A DNA stretch of 63,973 nucleotides, filler included, from Phoronis australis (Eukaryota; Animalia; Phoronida), in the NCBI GenBank assembly GCA_002633005.1. It is 4 parts of 4 records of this genome, joined end to end, with 100 filler letters (N's around TTAATTAATTAA, not from the genome) between each part and the next. Parts side by side here need not be neighbours in the genome. Positions count along the whole stretch, not along the records: positions 1 to 20,046 come from NMRA01001432.1; 3 more parts are not named here. One strand, given 5' to 3'. Every line of letters begins with the position of its first letter. Within the stretch, counting starts at the first letter, position 1. Below are positions 1 to 11,683 of the stretch, piece by piece. Below the pieces are notes generated by a model. The model saw nothing but the letters and a program-made list of their open reading frames with translations, searched no databases and had not been told where the DNA came from. Position numbers and translations under genes: made by a program.

Positions 1-1276
1 GACTGCAAAACAAATATCCCGAGTTGTAAAAGCTGAATTGAGCCTGCGGTATAATCAACCAGGATCACTCATAAAGTCAAAGCACGTTTTGCAAGACAAG
101 CAAGGGTTCAACATGCCTCCTTTATTTGCATTTCAGTCCTGTAATGAAGTGTACTGGACGATAAGAACCATCCAAAAAAAAGCTCATTGATTTTCTTACC
201 ACTCACAACAGGCATCACTACATTACTATCCTCAACACATTACTGCCTGTTACGACCACAATTCCAACAAAACTACAGTGCGCTCACCTTAGACATTTCA
301 ATTGTTGACATGAAAAACACTTTTCATTGCACAATGATTAGAGTAACTAAATCGCACCAAAAACTGAGATGGGTGGTAAATGAACACCGCATGGGGGAGG
401 CAGACAACAGGGAGTAGGGATTAGTGAACATATAGCATCCGCAGTAGGGAATTTCTCAAGTATCTTTTATAACGTGGCTTGAATGCTATACTTATGTCTG
501 AGAGTGACCCCTGGGAACAATTCACACTGCTCAGTACATTACCGTACAAGTGCTACAGAATCCTGGAAAAACAAAAAGATAAGCCACACAATATAGTGTG
601 TGTCAGACACTGAACAAGCTGATGAGAGCAATCTAATCAATGACACTAAAGTAATCACAATGCCAGGCAGCTTGTTTGCCAAACTGCCAGTGAATCTTAG
701 CTTGGACTGAGGTGCATGTCGATGACCTACCCACCAACCAGACCTAGTAACTATTTTATATATTTGTTATTGAAAAAATAATAAAATGAACTCACTAAGT
801 GGCCAGGCCTTCATCGTAACGTCTCTTCTGACTGGAGTCGAAACACGAGTCCTCAAAGTGGGCAGAACACAGAGTGGCCCCGGACCGAATCGCTTGGTCC
901 ACGCTGAGGTCCCACACTCTCGTTCGGCGCACGAAGCGATGCCACTTCTGCGCAAGTTTGACGTCCTTGGGAAATTTGAAAACCGAGACGTTCTCCGTCT
1001 GGCTGCTGTTGCTGCAGCTTCCGCAAACACATCTTTTCATACCTCTACGAACCTTTTCGACGTAAATAAACCTTGCTTTCACTTCACTCTATACACTGTG
1101 TCTCTAATCCAAACGATATGGCGAACGACTTGGGTTCAACCCATGACGTAAACATATTTATTATTTTTTTTAAATTTTGCGTGTTTCTTTATGAGTTGTA
1201 CACTAATGGCACTAAAATTAAGTAAGATATAATAATAAAATTTATTTTGAGGTACTATAGTCATGTTGTGTACACT
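1..1276 (-). mobile_element. Kolobok-like DNA transposon, left part with THAP exon; continues beyond window start
   Basis: On the minus strand TTAA (1277-1280) is followed by AGTGTACAC..., an RR terminus at a TTAA site as in Kolobok. It lies ~240 bp upstream of a THAP-coding ATG. The other terminus was not seen. Confidence 0.5.
796..1040 (-). CDS. THAP (C2CH zinc finger) domain exon, probably the N-terminus of a transposase
   Basis: MKRCVCGSCSNS...VFKFPKD...QKWHRFVRRTR...LCSAHFEDSCF has the full THAP signature (CxxxxC, FP, W, CxxHF). The ORF stop overlaps a GTGAGT donor (795-790), so it is probably spliced. Downstream exons were not convincingly found. Confidence 0.85.
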
Positions 1277-1493
1277 TTAACACCAGATCTACACTGGATG
1301 GGAAGATCTTGCTGGTATAGCTGCAGTCAACTGCTTTTAAAAACCCAATTTTGTCCATTCAGGGTCGATTTAGAAGCGATGCATATCTCCTCTGCAGGGT
1401 ACAAGTCCTCAAACCTTAAAACCAAAGGTCACGCGAAAACAGACACGATAGATTTTCATTTCAACGTGTAATAAATTTCCGGAAGATATAGGA

Positions 1494-4063
1494 CAGTGGC
1501 GGATCTACGGGGGGGTTCAGGGNTGTAAACCCCAAGTAAACCATCTTGGAAAAAAAAACGAGGGGGGGTTCACTTTGAAAATATATTTTTGCATTGTGAA
1601 TTGCTGTTATAAAAAGCAACGCGTTTCGAGGCTTCGTGGCTCGTCGGCAAAATCCCGGAGATCAATTGTGCGCGCGCTTCCGACGACACTTCTGAAGTAG
1701 CCAAGCATTTTAGATGGATCCACTGCTGAAAGAGCAGCTCTATAGCTGATTCCTTTATATAACTAGTTTCTTTACTCTAAGATATGTTTTCATTTGATTA
1801 AGGGAAATACTGTGGTGCCGCAATCCTGGTATTCAGGCGAATTGACATGCAACCTTTTTTACCTCATCTGTCATGCCATGTCATCCTATTACACCCCACA
1901 CGTTTGTAACTGATGTATAGTAAAGTTGTCTTGCGCGATATCATACAGTGTACATGTACATGTAATACTTGAAAAAAACTCGTTTCCCGAAGAATTGCTA
2001 TTGTGGCCTGCGCCTTGGTCTGGTCGCGAGTCTGTTTGAACATGCACTCCAACAAGTTATGTCTATACAAGGAATGACCAAGGGTGCACTCACATTGACA
2101 AAATGGCCACATTCGCGAACAGTGTACAATACCAGAAATTGCGGGGAGGCTGTATTTTCACAACAAGGTCTTGCAGGACTCGTGCGATATTCAACGGGCC
2201 TGTTAAGGAGCCCTAGTGCCGACCTCAACACCTACCGTCTTTCTACCTGCAACAAGCACCAATGCCGTTTTCTATACCGGAAATTTCCACAGAAAGGCCC
2301 ACCCGAAGTAACGCCCATACCCATCGGCATTTATCTGATGTTAGTACTTCAGGTTTCAAGCGTTCAGACATTGGGACGTTTATTTCGAAAATTGCAAGAA
2401 ATGCAAATGGGTCCTGGGATACATCGTCAAGGTTTAAAGTAGTCCATGATGAACGGATCGAATTTAGTTGCGCACGCTGTAAGTCTTTTGAATGGACTTA
2501 GTTATCTCAGGGGGTTTAGTGCTAACTGAGCTGCGAAACGAGATGTTGACAATGTAGAGGCGTACAAGCTCATTGACACAGCAGTTGACGAAGTGCAAGC
2601 GTTGGGAACAAACGTCGAAGATGTCTGGGTAGAATGGTTCCAAGAGCAGTAAACCATTGGATCCGATGTACAGATTCCTCGGCAGTCTAGACAACAGAAA
2701 GATAGGACCAACGTTCCCGGAGAAACACCCAGGTAATAAGTTATAATTATACACAGTTTGTAATAATGTCGGTTTTTTATGTTTGTGTACAATGAAAACA
2801 AAATAGAAATTATTTTTGGACATGCCAAATTTACCCAGTACACCAGAGGGTCTACGAGCGCACAGAAACTGATTCTGGCTTGTATTTCCACTTTAGTCTA
2901 TCTGCTTCATATCCAAAATCTTATTTCACGGAGTGCGTAGTTAAATCTGTTCTCCATACTTGTTTCTTACAGTGTGTACTACAGAACGGTGCGAAAACCC
3001 TGCCTAGACAACCTCTCGCAGCAGTTGACCACCAGATGTATGAACTACACGTATGAGCATCCACTGGGGATTAAAAAGTGTCTGAAGAAAAGTTTTCATT
3101 TCAATTTTTTTTGCAAAGTACGCTTTAGGTCTTGCGACGGACCAGGCCAGCTTGATTTGTGTAGACAACGAGTTTCAGTGTATTTCTGGTCCCTCGGCGA
3201 ACTAGACTTGTGATGCTTTTTGCCAAAGTGTGCTTTGTAAAACTATTTATCTCAGCCAGTACTGTTTGGTCCCGCGACAGATCGACTATTTTATAGGGAT
3301 AACAGCCACAGATGTACTTTTGGTCTCGTGACGGACCAGGCCAGAGTTTTTGTGTACTCTCAGTGTACATCTGGTCCATCTGCGAACTGCTCCTGTGTAT
3401 CTTTTCACCACGGTGTAGGCCTACAGAGTGTTTTGGTTTCGTGAATCTGTTTTCAGATGATTTGTTTCCTGATACATTTGACGTTTTTCAATTGTTGTCA
3501 ACGTGATTCAGCTTAATAAAGTGATACTTAATTGTTTTTGTCGCTTTTAATAATAGACTATGAGCTGAGAGCACCATCGTTCGCCAGTTTTTCTTCGTTC
3601 TTAAACAGCTTGAGGCTGTTGCGATGATCTGATATTCAAGTTTTTACGCCCCGTCGGTGCTCCTTATGCTCTTGAATATGTGATAGTTGTCTAACCCCTG
3701 TATACACAACACACTTTTTCGTATGCTAAAAAGGTGCGTGTAAGCAGATGTTGCTGGTGGTGTGACTCATACCCAGATGTGCACAAATATGGTTTCACGA
3801 AACTTATGAGCCAAGTTCATGTGACGAAATCGAGAAGGGCTTTTAATTATCTTTAGAAAAACTCCAGGGACATCTTAAGTGCCAGAAACGTACCAGGATG
3901 CATGGAAATTTCACTGATTGGCTACAAAAATAAAAAGTTATCTTACACGGGAATCGGGGTTTACCCCCCTCCCGACCTCCCCCCGCTCGGCGCCACGCGC
4001 CTCGGATTCAACCTTTGCGGGAATCCTAAGCCCGCCCTTACTGAAATCGTAGATCCGCCACTG
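1494..4063 (+). mobile_element. hAT-family DNA transposon (Tip100/PRKRIR-like), decayed
   Basis: Perfect 16-bp TIRs CAGTGGCGGATCTACG (1494-1509, 4048-4063), flanking direct repeat TAGGA (1489-1493, 4064-4068) and internal transposase remnants. Confidence 0.85.
2165..3040 (+). pseudogene. hAT transposase remnant (frameshifts, stops, one intron)
   Basis: Fragments CRTR, GSWDTSSR, LNGLSYLRG, DVDNVEAYKLIDTAVDEVQ, IPRQSRQQKDRTNVPGETP, then a GT..AG intron (~2733-2972) and YYRTVRKPCLDNLSQQLTTR. These match the PR..RxNxP..PEEYYR....P.LD.L..QL..RF pattern of PRKRIR/ZMYM1-type hAT transposases. Confidence 0.75.
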
Positions 4064-7000
4064 TAGGATAGGGAGAAAACAAATAGTCTAATGGATATTT
4101 ACGTACCCTTTACCATGACATTGGGATTGGATTGTAATCTCAACCAATATCGAGTTAAACATTCAGCATTCATTGATGTAAGTGTCACTGATAAACCTGT
4201 TAGAAATCATTCCAAGCAAAAACACTGCAGCTTTGATGTACGAAAAGATCCCGAGTGCTACGTCAAGTATCGTAACACGCATCACAACAAACAAAGTTTA
4301 ACCCGACTGGCGATTGCCGCGAAGTCGACATCGGCGAGTATCTCAGTTAACAGGCAACAGTAGAATAAACATGGAATGATCGTTAAAATAATCACACACT
4401 TTACCTTTGTATAAGGTCGTGCTTACTTTCTCTCATAGACGCACTGTTTTCACGCAATCTCAGATTCAGTTGGCACGCCTACAAGCCATTTCACAATGTA
4501 TTTAAAGGGCTCTCCAAATCTAGGCTGTTAATGTATCACCACTAGTACACACGCGCCCTCTAGTTTATGCAAATTTTCCGAATAGGCCCATTAGTGTAGA
4601 TAACCCAGGGGAGCCTGCAACCCCTAAGGTCCCTGTCAAGTGCTCACGACAACTCCACGTGCACTACACAAAGACGGACCTTTTTATCCATCTCAGAGAG
4701 GCACATAGCTTGAACACAAAACGACCGGCTCAGAGTGGATAAATCGTCGACTTGAACTGATGCTGCGCGTGCTTGACCTAAGAAGTATCCAAAAGTATCA
4801 TTGGTCGTGTCATATTGGCAGAGTACCGCAACACCCCACACACAAGCCATAAGGTACCTATTACAAAGAGAAGTTGCAGGTTGGTCTAGAGGTCATGAAA
4901 GGACATGTATCAGTGACTGTCATTTTGGCTCGTTGGTAGGGAAATGGTAACCCCAAATTAAACAAAATTCACTCTGAAGATTGATGTTATATTCATTTTT
5001 AGATAAATGTGATTTGTGGATGTCATTTGTACTGCAAAATCCTAAATTGTGAATATGAACCCGCAATGAGAAGCATTACACAAAACCTGAAAAATATCTT
5101 CACTTAACATGCAATCAATGATAAACACTTTCATCATTGAGACTCCGCATACATGTTGTAGAGATCAAATGAGAGTAGAAAATTTCTGTGATTCATTATC
5201 CCACACAAGTCAGCTTTTTTCAGTTTGAATCTGAGCTCCGATATTGCGTTGTTTGGAGCTTTAAGGTAACCGTCCATGCTTGTGTGCGGAGAATCTGCGA
5301 GTTGTTTGAGACAAGTCCAGTTGGTTTCAATTGTATGGTAAACCTTGCGGCAAAAACATTGTACTGATCATATTGACGACCTGTTATATATTAACCTTAC
5401 CATGAGTACATCAGGGTACGCAGCAACAGTGTGGCATGTTGCCTAACTCGTAAACAAAAGCAAACGACGACTGAACTCATCACAACCAACATATAACAAT
5501 GACTCACTCGACAGCTCTCACAGTCACACTATATGAAAAAATTGTCACAAATGTTTGTGTCCCAAAAACGTCAATTACTGAGTAAAGTGCGAATAATTAA
5601 TTATATAAAAATGCTGTAATAAATTGAAAAATATGTACAGGATAATCAAAGAACCTTATTTTGCTAAAAATGACATGAAAAATTTGCTGTTCCATTAAAC
5701 GCTATTCGTTGGCTTTCGCCCGAAACCAAGGATACACCATCCATCATCTTAGTTCCAATAACGTACATATTAACAAAAACATTGTGAACAGTTGAAACGT
5801 CACACTAGGCAAGGAGGTGCACACCTCTAATGAATACTTGGTAAAGCCCAATTACTATGGTTAGTAACAGCACAAGTGAACACCATCATACACTGTACTT
5901 ACTAATCAACTGAAACTACAGACAACAGTTACTTAAGGTGTAATTATTCTATTAACCTTGACTATACTAATATTTTGTCACTGGTAAACAGCAATACTAA
6001 TGTGTATGTTGATAGTTGATGCCTAACGTTATGTTGAATACTGCCCAATGGATTGAAGGTGTCCAAAAACTTTCACTGATCCTCACACCAGATGAATAAT
6101 GGGTTAGAAATGCAGACAAATCAGATTCTTTAAAATACAGTCAGACTAAGAAAATGTCCACTTATTTTAGGTAAGGTATCGCTAAGCTTTAGTGTTTTAT
6201 TATCTAATACTCATGGAAACTCTGACTTGCAACACATAGAAAAACACACCAATGCAGTATTTATTACACAAGAACTTTATACAACGCAGCCTTTAGTCAT
6301 GGTTGACATCGAGCTATGGATAGAACACTTTAGTTTCCCACCTGTAAATTGATTATAGTGCATATTTGTATTATACAAGTGTGGGTGTTGTAGCTGATTT
6401 TGAATGTTAAGTTTTGGGTATCGAGATCTTTGATCAAAAGAAGTAAAAATGAAACCATAGTCTACATCACACTGCATTTTTGTCAACACCATACAAAAAC
6501 AGGAAAAACGGAAAGTGCTCTGGTAGTATGCTTCCAGGGATGTTAATAATATGTAATATATAAAATAAAAAACTCTAGGTGGAGCAGCATACATTATATT
6601 CATCTGAAACAAGACAATCGCTGTCACATTCTTGACAAAACCCATACATCAAGATACTCGGTTGATACAGAACCGCAAGAGGACGCCACATCACTCAGAC
6701 ATGTCCTAAAATTTATGCCGTGCATACTCTCCTCAATAATGTAACATAGATATCAAATGCCACCCAGATTCATCAACAGAACTTTGTAAATAGTGCGGCG
6801 CAGATAAACAAACAAATTGCTTCTCCGGGCACCCATCACCAAACCTGTCAGTAGTGATCATCTCAACAGGAACACATGAGCAAAATTTCAGAACTATCCT
6901 CCAAGCAGTTTCAAGGACAGAGAGGCTGCTGCCAGAAATAATAACAGAATATTTTAAATAGCAGTTTGTTCTCGTTTCCTCAACCGAAACAAATATACCT

Positions 7001-7402
7001 TATTGCACGAAACAGGAAAACTCTACTCTCAACTGAAAGTAAAATGTAACGTATAAAGACTGTGAACAATGAAAAGTGTCGTACGTTTAACAAATTCTGT
7101 ATAACCAAAAACATCTCCCGAAATACCGCCAGTTCATATTGCACGAAAATACATCCAGAAACTTGGTAGACATAGAGGCATACGTAAAGAAAACCTAAAT
7201 TGCCATTAAGTAGTGCTGCGCGTAGGCACAAGTAGGCGCAACCAACCACCTTTTGGCATTTGAACCTAGTGCCTACGCACCATAAATTACGTTCAGTGCT
7301 CAAGGTGATAAGGTCCTATCAAATACCTTTTCTATTTAATTTCTGTTTTTATATTGGCCCATCATAAATACATGTACGAGTGCATCTACTCTATGTTTAC
7401 AG

Positions 7403-7480
7403 GAAAATGAAACTGCTTTCGAAGTTTGCGAAGGACAACGTGGCATCGGCTATGTTGAAAGAATGAGGAATATGTTTCAG
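7403..7480 (+). CDS. candidate internal exon of unknown gene (ENETAFEVCEGQRGIGYVERMRNMFQ)
   Basis: tttacag acceptor, 78-nt open phase 0-0 frame and CAG|GTATTC donor. No homology recognised. Confidence 0.4.
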
Positions 7481-7909
7481 GTATTCAGTGGTGTATTTAG
7501 ACTATTTTCATCTGGCCACTATTTTATAAACTATCTCCACCTGTTTGACTACTGGTCCGCTTATTCGTCAATCGAAGTCGTGTTTAGTCCAATAAGCAAA
7601 TTATTATAAGGACAACAGTACCCGTAATTGTAAAATTGTTTCCAAATTGTTCTGCAATTGGGTGAGGAATTATTTCTGACTTTACTTAGAGCTCATCTCT
7701 TGTTGATTGACTAGACCACAAAATACCTGCATAATATATCACACCCTGAAAAGCTAGCTTGTAGAGCCTGGTCTTAAACCAAAGAAATCTTTTGAAGCCA
7801 TAAAGTGACCTTCAAATTTTCTAAGTAACAGTTAACTTCAGCGTATATTGGTTAGCACCTTGTACTCTACGGACAGCCCAATTGAAACATATCCGAAACA
7901 AACTTACAG

Positions 7910-8092
7910 AAAAACATGGAAGTGGAACAACAAAGACAAGGTTGTGGAGCGACCGCTGGTTCCCCTGATCAAACTTTAGGTGCGAGTGATGGTCCGCTTA
8001 AGGAACAGGTTGCTGTAATAGGCCTACTTGAAGCTTTTACCAAATCAAAAGGCAAAACCATCACTGAGGGTGAAGCAGACGACGCAATAGAA
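7910..8092 (+). CDS. candidate internal exon of unknown gene (acidic/polar, 61 aa)
   Basis: cttacag acceptor, 183-nt open phase 0-0 frame and GAA|GTAAGT donor. A paralogous copy with conserved splice sites lies at 14921-15126. Confidence 0.55.
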
Positions 8093-8192
8093 GTAAGTGA
8101 CATTCGCTGAATGTTTTGAAGCTCTTTTCTAATTTTTTTACTCGAGTTAATTGACTGTAATTAAATTGACTCATGACCAATAATACAGTGGA

Positions 8193-8243
8193 TTACAGAT
8201 CAGACAATACAGAAATGCTATTTCTGTATTGTCTAATCTGTAA
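8193..8243. repeat. 24-bp inverted repeat (hairpin, 3-nt loop, one mismatch)
   Basis: TTACAGATCAGACAATACAGAAAT-GCT-ATTTCTGTATTGTCTAATCTGTAA. Confidence 0.9.
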
Positions 8244-8813
8244 CCAGTAATAAGAAGTCTTGGGTAAATTTAAAGCAGCGCACTTAATTTCGCATGTCAC
8301 GTATTCTATCTTGGAAGCTGATAGTGGACAATTAAAATAATATTCATTTTGATCACACATTCAAGTTTGTTTTGTATGTTTCTTGCAGAAAAATTTTTAT
8401 TTTTTCTTACTTGCCTTCGCGAGAAATAAATATACTTTTTCTGTGTTACCCACCACCCCCCTTGCTTAGGATTCTCGCCAGCAATACGACGAGAGGTTCA
8501 GAACAACGGTTATTCAATCAAAACTATCTATGGGTGCTTCAACTTTAACCTTTCAAAGTTACTTTTACGAAAAATCGGCGATTAAGACTCTTGTTTTGTA
8601 CTAACATGGCGACTAAGCACGACAATATAATCTAAAGTCAGCATCGTGAGGTACATGTAGTAATCAAACATGGTAGACCTCACAAGTTTGAGTTGCGTTT
8701 AAGGTAAAAGCAAAACTTTCTGTTTTCACATTAATATAGACACGTGACACTAAGCCTGGAGTTTAATGTTTGAATTTTTGCTTGAGACGGGTGTCAGTGT
8801 CTGTTGCAAACGC

Positions 8814-10426
8814 TTTTTATGCGCCCGCATATTTATATGTGGACGCATTATGCCGTCATCTTCGTCCGTCCGTCCGTGTTGCTCTTGTTATCTGTTAGGT
8901 TTGTTGTAGTCTTGACTCAAACATTTTTATATGTGGACGCATTATGCCGTCATCTCCGTCCGTCCGTCCGTGCGGGCGGCGTCCGTCCGGTGTCCGGCGT
9001 CTGCTGCTCTATCACCAAAACCCTTTGACATACGTTCATGAAATTTGGCACATATGCTCCATTCATGAATGGGACGGCATGTGCAAACTTTCGGACGGAT
9101 CCGACTAGCGGTGTGGCCCCTAGTGGCAATTTTAGTTTTTTTAAGCTTACCTTTGTATCTTCAAAATTTCTGAACGGATTTTCATGAAATTTGGTATGTA
9201 GGCAACTATTAGTGAGATGACGCTATCCTCCCGTTTTCAGATGGATTCGACATAGTTTGCGCCACCTAGTGGCCATTTTTACGGTTTTCGAGTCTGTATT
9301 TTTGCGTCCACCCCTCTATCAACCAAACCGCTCAAAGGATGATTGTGAAAATTGGGATATATGTGCTTACTATAAAGAGGACAGCTGACAATGATTTTCA
9401 GACGATTTGGACTACTGTGGCGCCTCCTAGTTGCAGTTTTGTCTTTTTTTGCGCCTATGGCTGTATCTCCTAAACGGTTCGTAGGATCTTTACGAAATTT
9501 AATAAGTGTATTTATATGATGTTAACAACAGACGATGACGACTTTTGGACGGATCCGCCTACCAGTGTGCCCCCTAGTGGCAATTTTATTTTTTTACGTT
9601 TACCTCTGTATCTTCAGAAGTCCTTAACAGATTTTCATGAAATTTTGTATGTAGGCACCTATTAGAGCGATGACGCTATCCTCCCGTTTTCGGATGGATT
9701 CGACCGAGTTTGCGACACCCAGTGACCAATTTCACGGTTTTTGAGTCTGTTTTTTGGTGTCCACCCCTCTATCAACCAAACCGCTCTAAGTATGATTGTG
9801 AAAATTGACATGTATGTTCATTACTATGAAGAGAACGGTTGACGCTGAATTTCCCATGACTTGGATCACTGTGGCTCCTCCTAGTGGCGTTTTTTTTTGC
9901 ACCCATGGCTGTATCTCCCAAACCGTTTGTAGGATCTTTACTTAATTTAGCAAGTGTATTTATGTGATGTTGACACCGGACGATAACGACTTCAGGATGA
10001 TTCTGACTACCGGTATGCCTCTAGTGGCAATTTTAGTATTTTACATTGACCTCTGTATTTCCATAGGTCTTCAGGTGTATACTTTGTGTTACTTCGTGAC
10101 TATGAAGGAAAAGTTCCAGGTAGAAATTTGTTTCTGACATTCTAATGCTGTGCTAATCTCGTATGTTTGTAAATTAGATTTTAATTCTATGTTTCTGTGG
10201 TGCTTTAAGCAACTGCTGTATAGGATGTGCTTGCATTATGAAGATTACTCGCATTTGCCCCTAGCCTATTGAGGAGACAATGACCATGCCTTTCCATTTT
10301 GCAAAGTACAACATACTACATATATGCCCTCTACTAGCCACTTTATGGTACCAATAAACAACCCTAGAAGGATACCGTATACGCTGCGATTGTGGGCGCA
10401 ATTCAACGCTCTGCGTTGCTCTTGTT
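8814..10426 (+). mobile_element. HINE/DINE-1/Pearl-like non-autonomous Helentron, copy 1
   Basis: T-run start, 5' subTIR TGCGCCCGCA (8820-8829) with adjacent inverted copy (8838-8847), (GTCC)n microsatellite and central tandem repeats. The 3' end has subTIR TGTGGGCGCA (10391-10400), hairpin CAACGC-TCT-GCGTTG (10404-10418) and terminal CTTGTT. Confidence 0.85.
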
Positions 10427-10989
10427 ATCTGTTAGGTTTGTTGTAGTCTTGACTCAAACATTTTTTATCTAAGGTTTGCTGCATTTTTCCGATCAAAACT
10501 TTTTATTCTATAACTTTCCTGCGAGCACTTTTCCATCAAGTTTCCTTCCACTTTAATGAAAACACCTTCTCATCTATTAAGTTAGAGATAGATTTTCCGC
10601 AAGCTGTTTTTAAATTACATAGTTTGGGGCAAGTTTCCAGCAAAATTATGTATTTGAAGCTAAGATGTGGCAATGTGTGTGGCTGATTTGCGGGTTGCGA
10701 CAAATTCCTGCAAACACTGTGGCGTGTTTGCTGCAAACAAAGTTGTTTGCCGCAAGCTTGCGGAATGTTTTGCTGCAGGATTGCAGCAAACGTAGCGTTT
10801 TGGCATGGTCTCTGCCTTTTGTGGTGGCAAAACCATTTGTAAATAGTTTCTGTTCCACATGGGGGGCATAAAGTTTATTGCCTGTAAATTAAGCGTAGTT
10901 TGGCACATTTGCCAGCCTTAATTTGTCATCGATATCTTTGTGTAGTGATATATCTTACTTTCTAAGTGTGGGAATAAATGCGCTTCTAT

Positions 10990-11490
10990 TGCATTACGAT
11001 CGTACAAATTAAAATATTTGGAGGTAAAAAGAGCTGACACCCATTGCTTGAGACCACGCTCAATGTACAAATTATGCGCCGTAAAAAGTCACTTTATTGA
11101 ACTGTTGATCCTTTCCAAGCGGAGAAATCATATGTCATTTGAATGTGAAACAAGTTGAGACCAGACTCATATCTCCGATATACAAACATTTTCGAATTCA
11201 GATATTTTCCGGTCTACATGTACGCCAGGAACTTGCTAAACTCTAGCCTAAACCACACATCCATACCCCACATAATATAGCAAATTCTTAGTTTTTACCG
11301 AAGTCCTAATGTTATTGAACTCACTGAGGCCTTGTTACAAGCAGAAAGTAGATTCATACTTTTATAAAGTATATCTATCAATTTTATAAGGGGGTATTGA
11401 CTAGTTTTGAATAAATTTAACTCGTAGGCTGCTGAAATCATTTTCCTTCGGCGTCCTACATCTCCAACTCACCCTAGCGTCAGTAATGTA
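10990..11490 (+). repeat. diverged local duplication, paralogous to ~15290-15620 and ~16095-16295
   Basis: Colinear shared blocks such as agctgacac..attgcttg, gtaaaaagtcactttatt.aactgtt.atcctttccaagc, gttattgaactc and gtcctacatc..aactcacc.tagc.tcagta. Confidence 0.8.
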
Positions 11491-11683
11491 TGTTAATGGT
11501 ACAGAAAAAATAACAATGGTTCCAACACATGTCAATACTTGTAGCGCGTGATCTCAAAGCAATGACTGGCAGTTCCTTTGAAGGCCTGAACTGATCTTCA
11601 AATTCACTGAGAAACAGTTTATGCCCCAAAATGGCTTGCTGCTGAATTTTCAACTTATTTTTGTTTTGCACGTTATGCCCTAT

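Noticed and set aside
786-1151. 121-aa plus-strand ORF
   Set aside because: Antisense shadow of the THAP exon.
10470-10870. GCAAAC/TTTGC-rich stretch with three overlapping ORFs
   Set aside because: Short motif repeats typical of a decayed transposon subterminus. No termini or coding signal could be defined.
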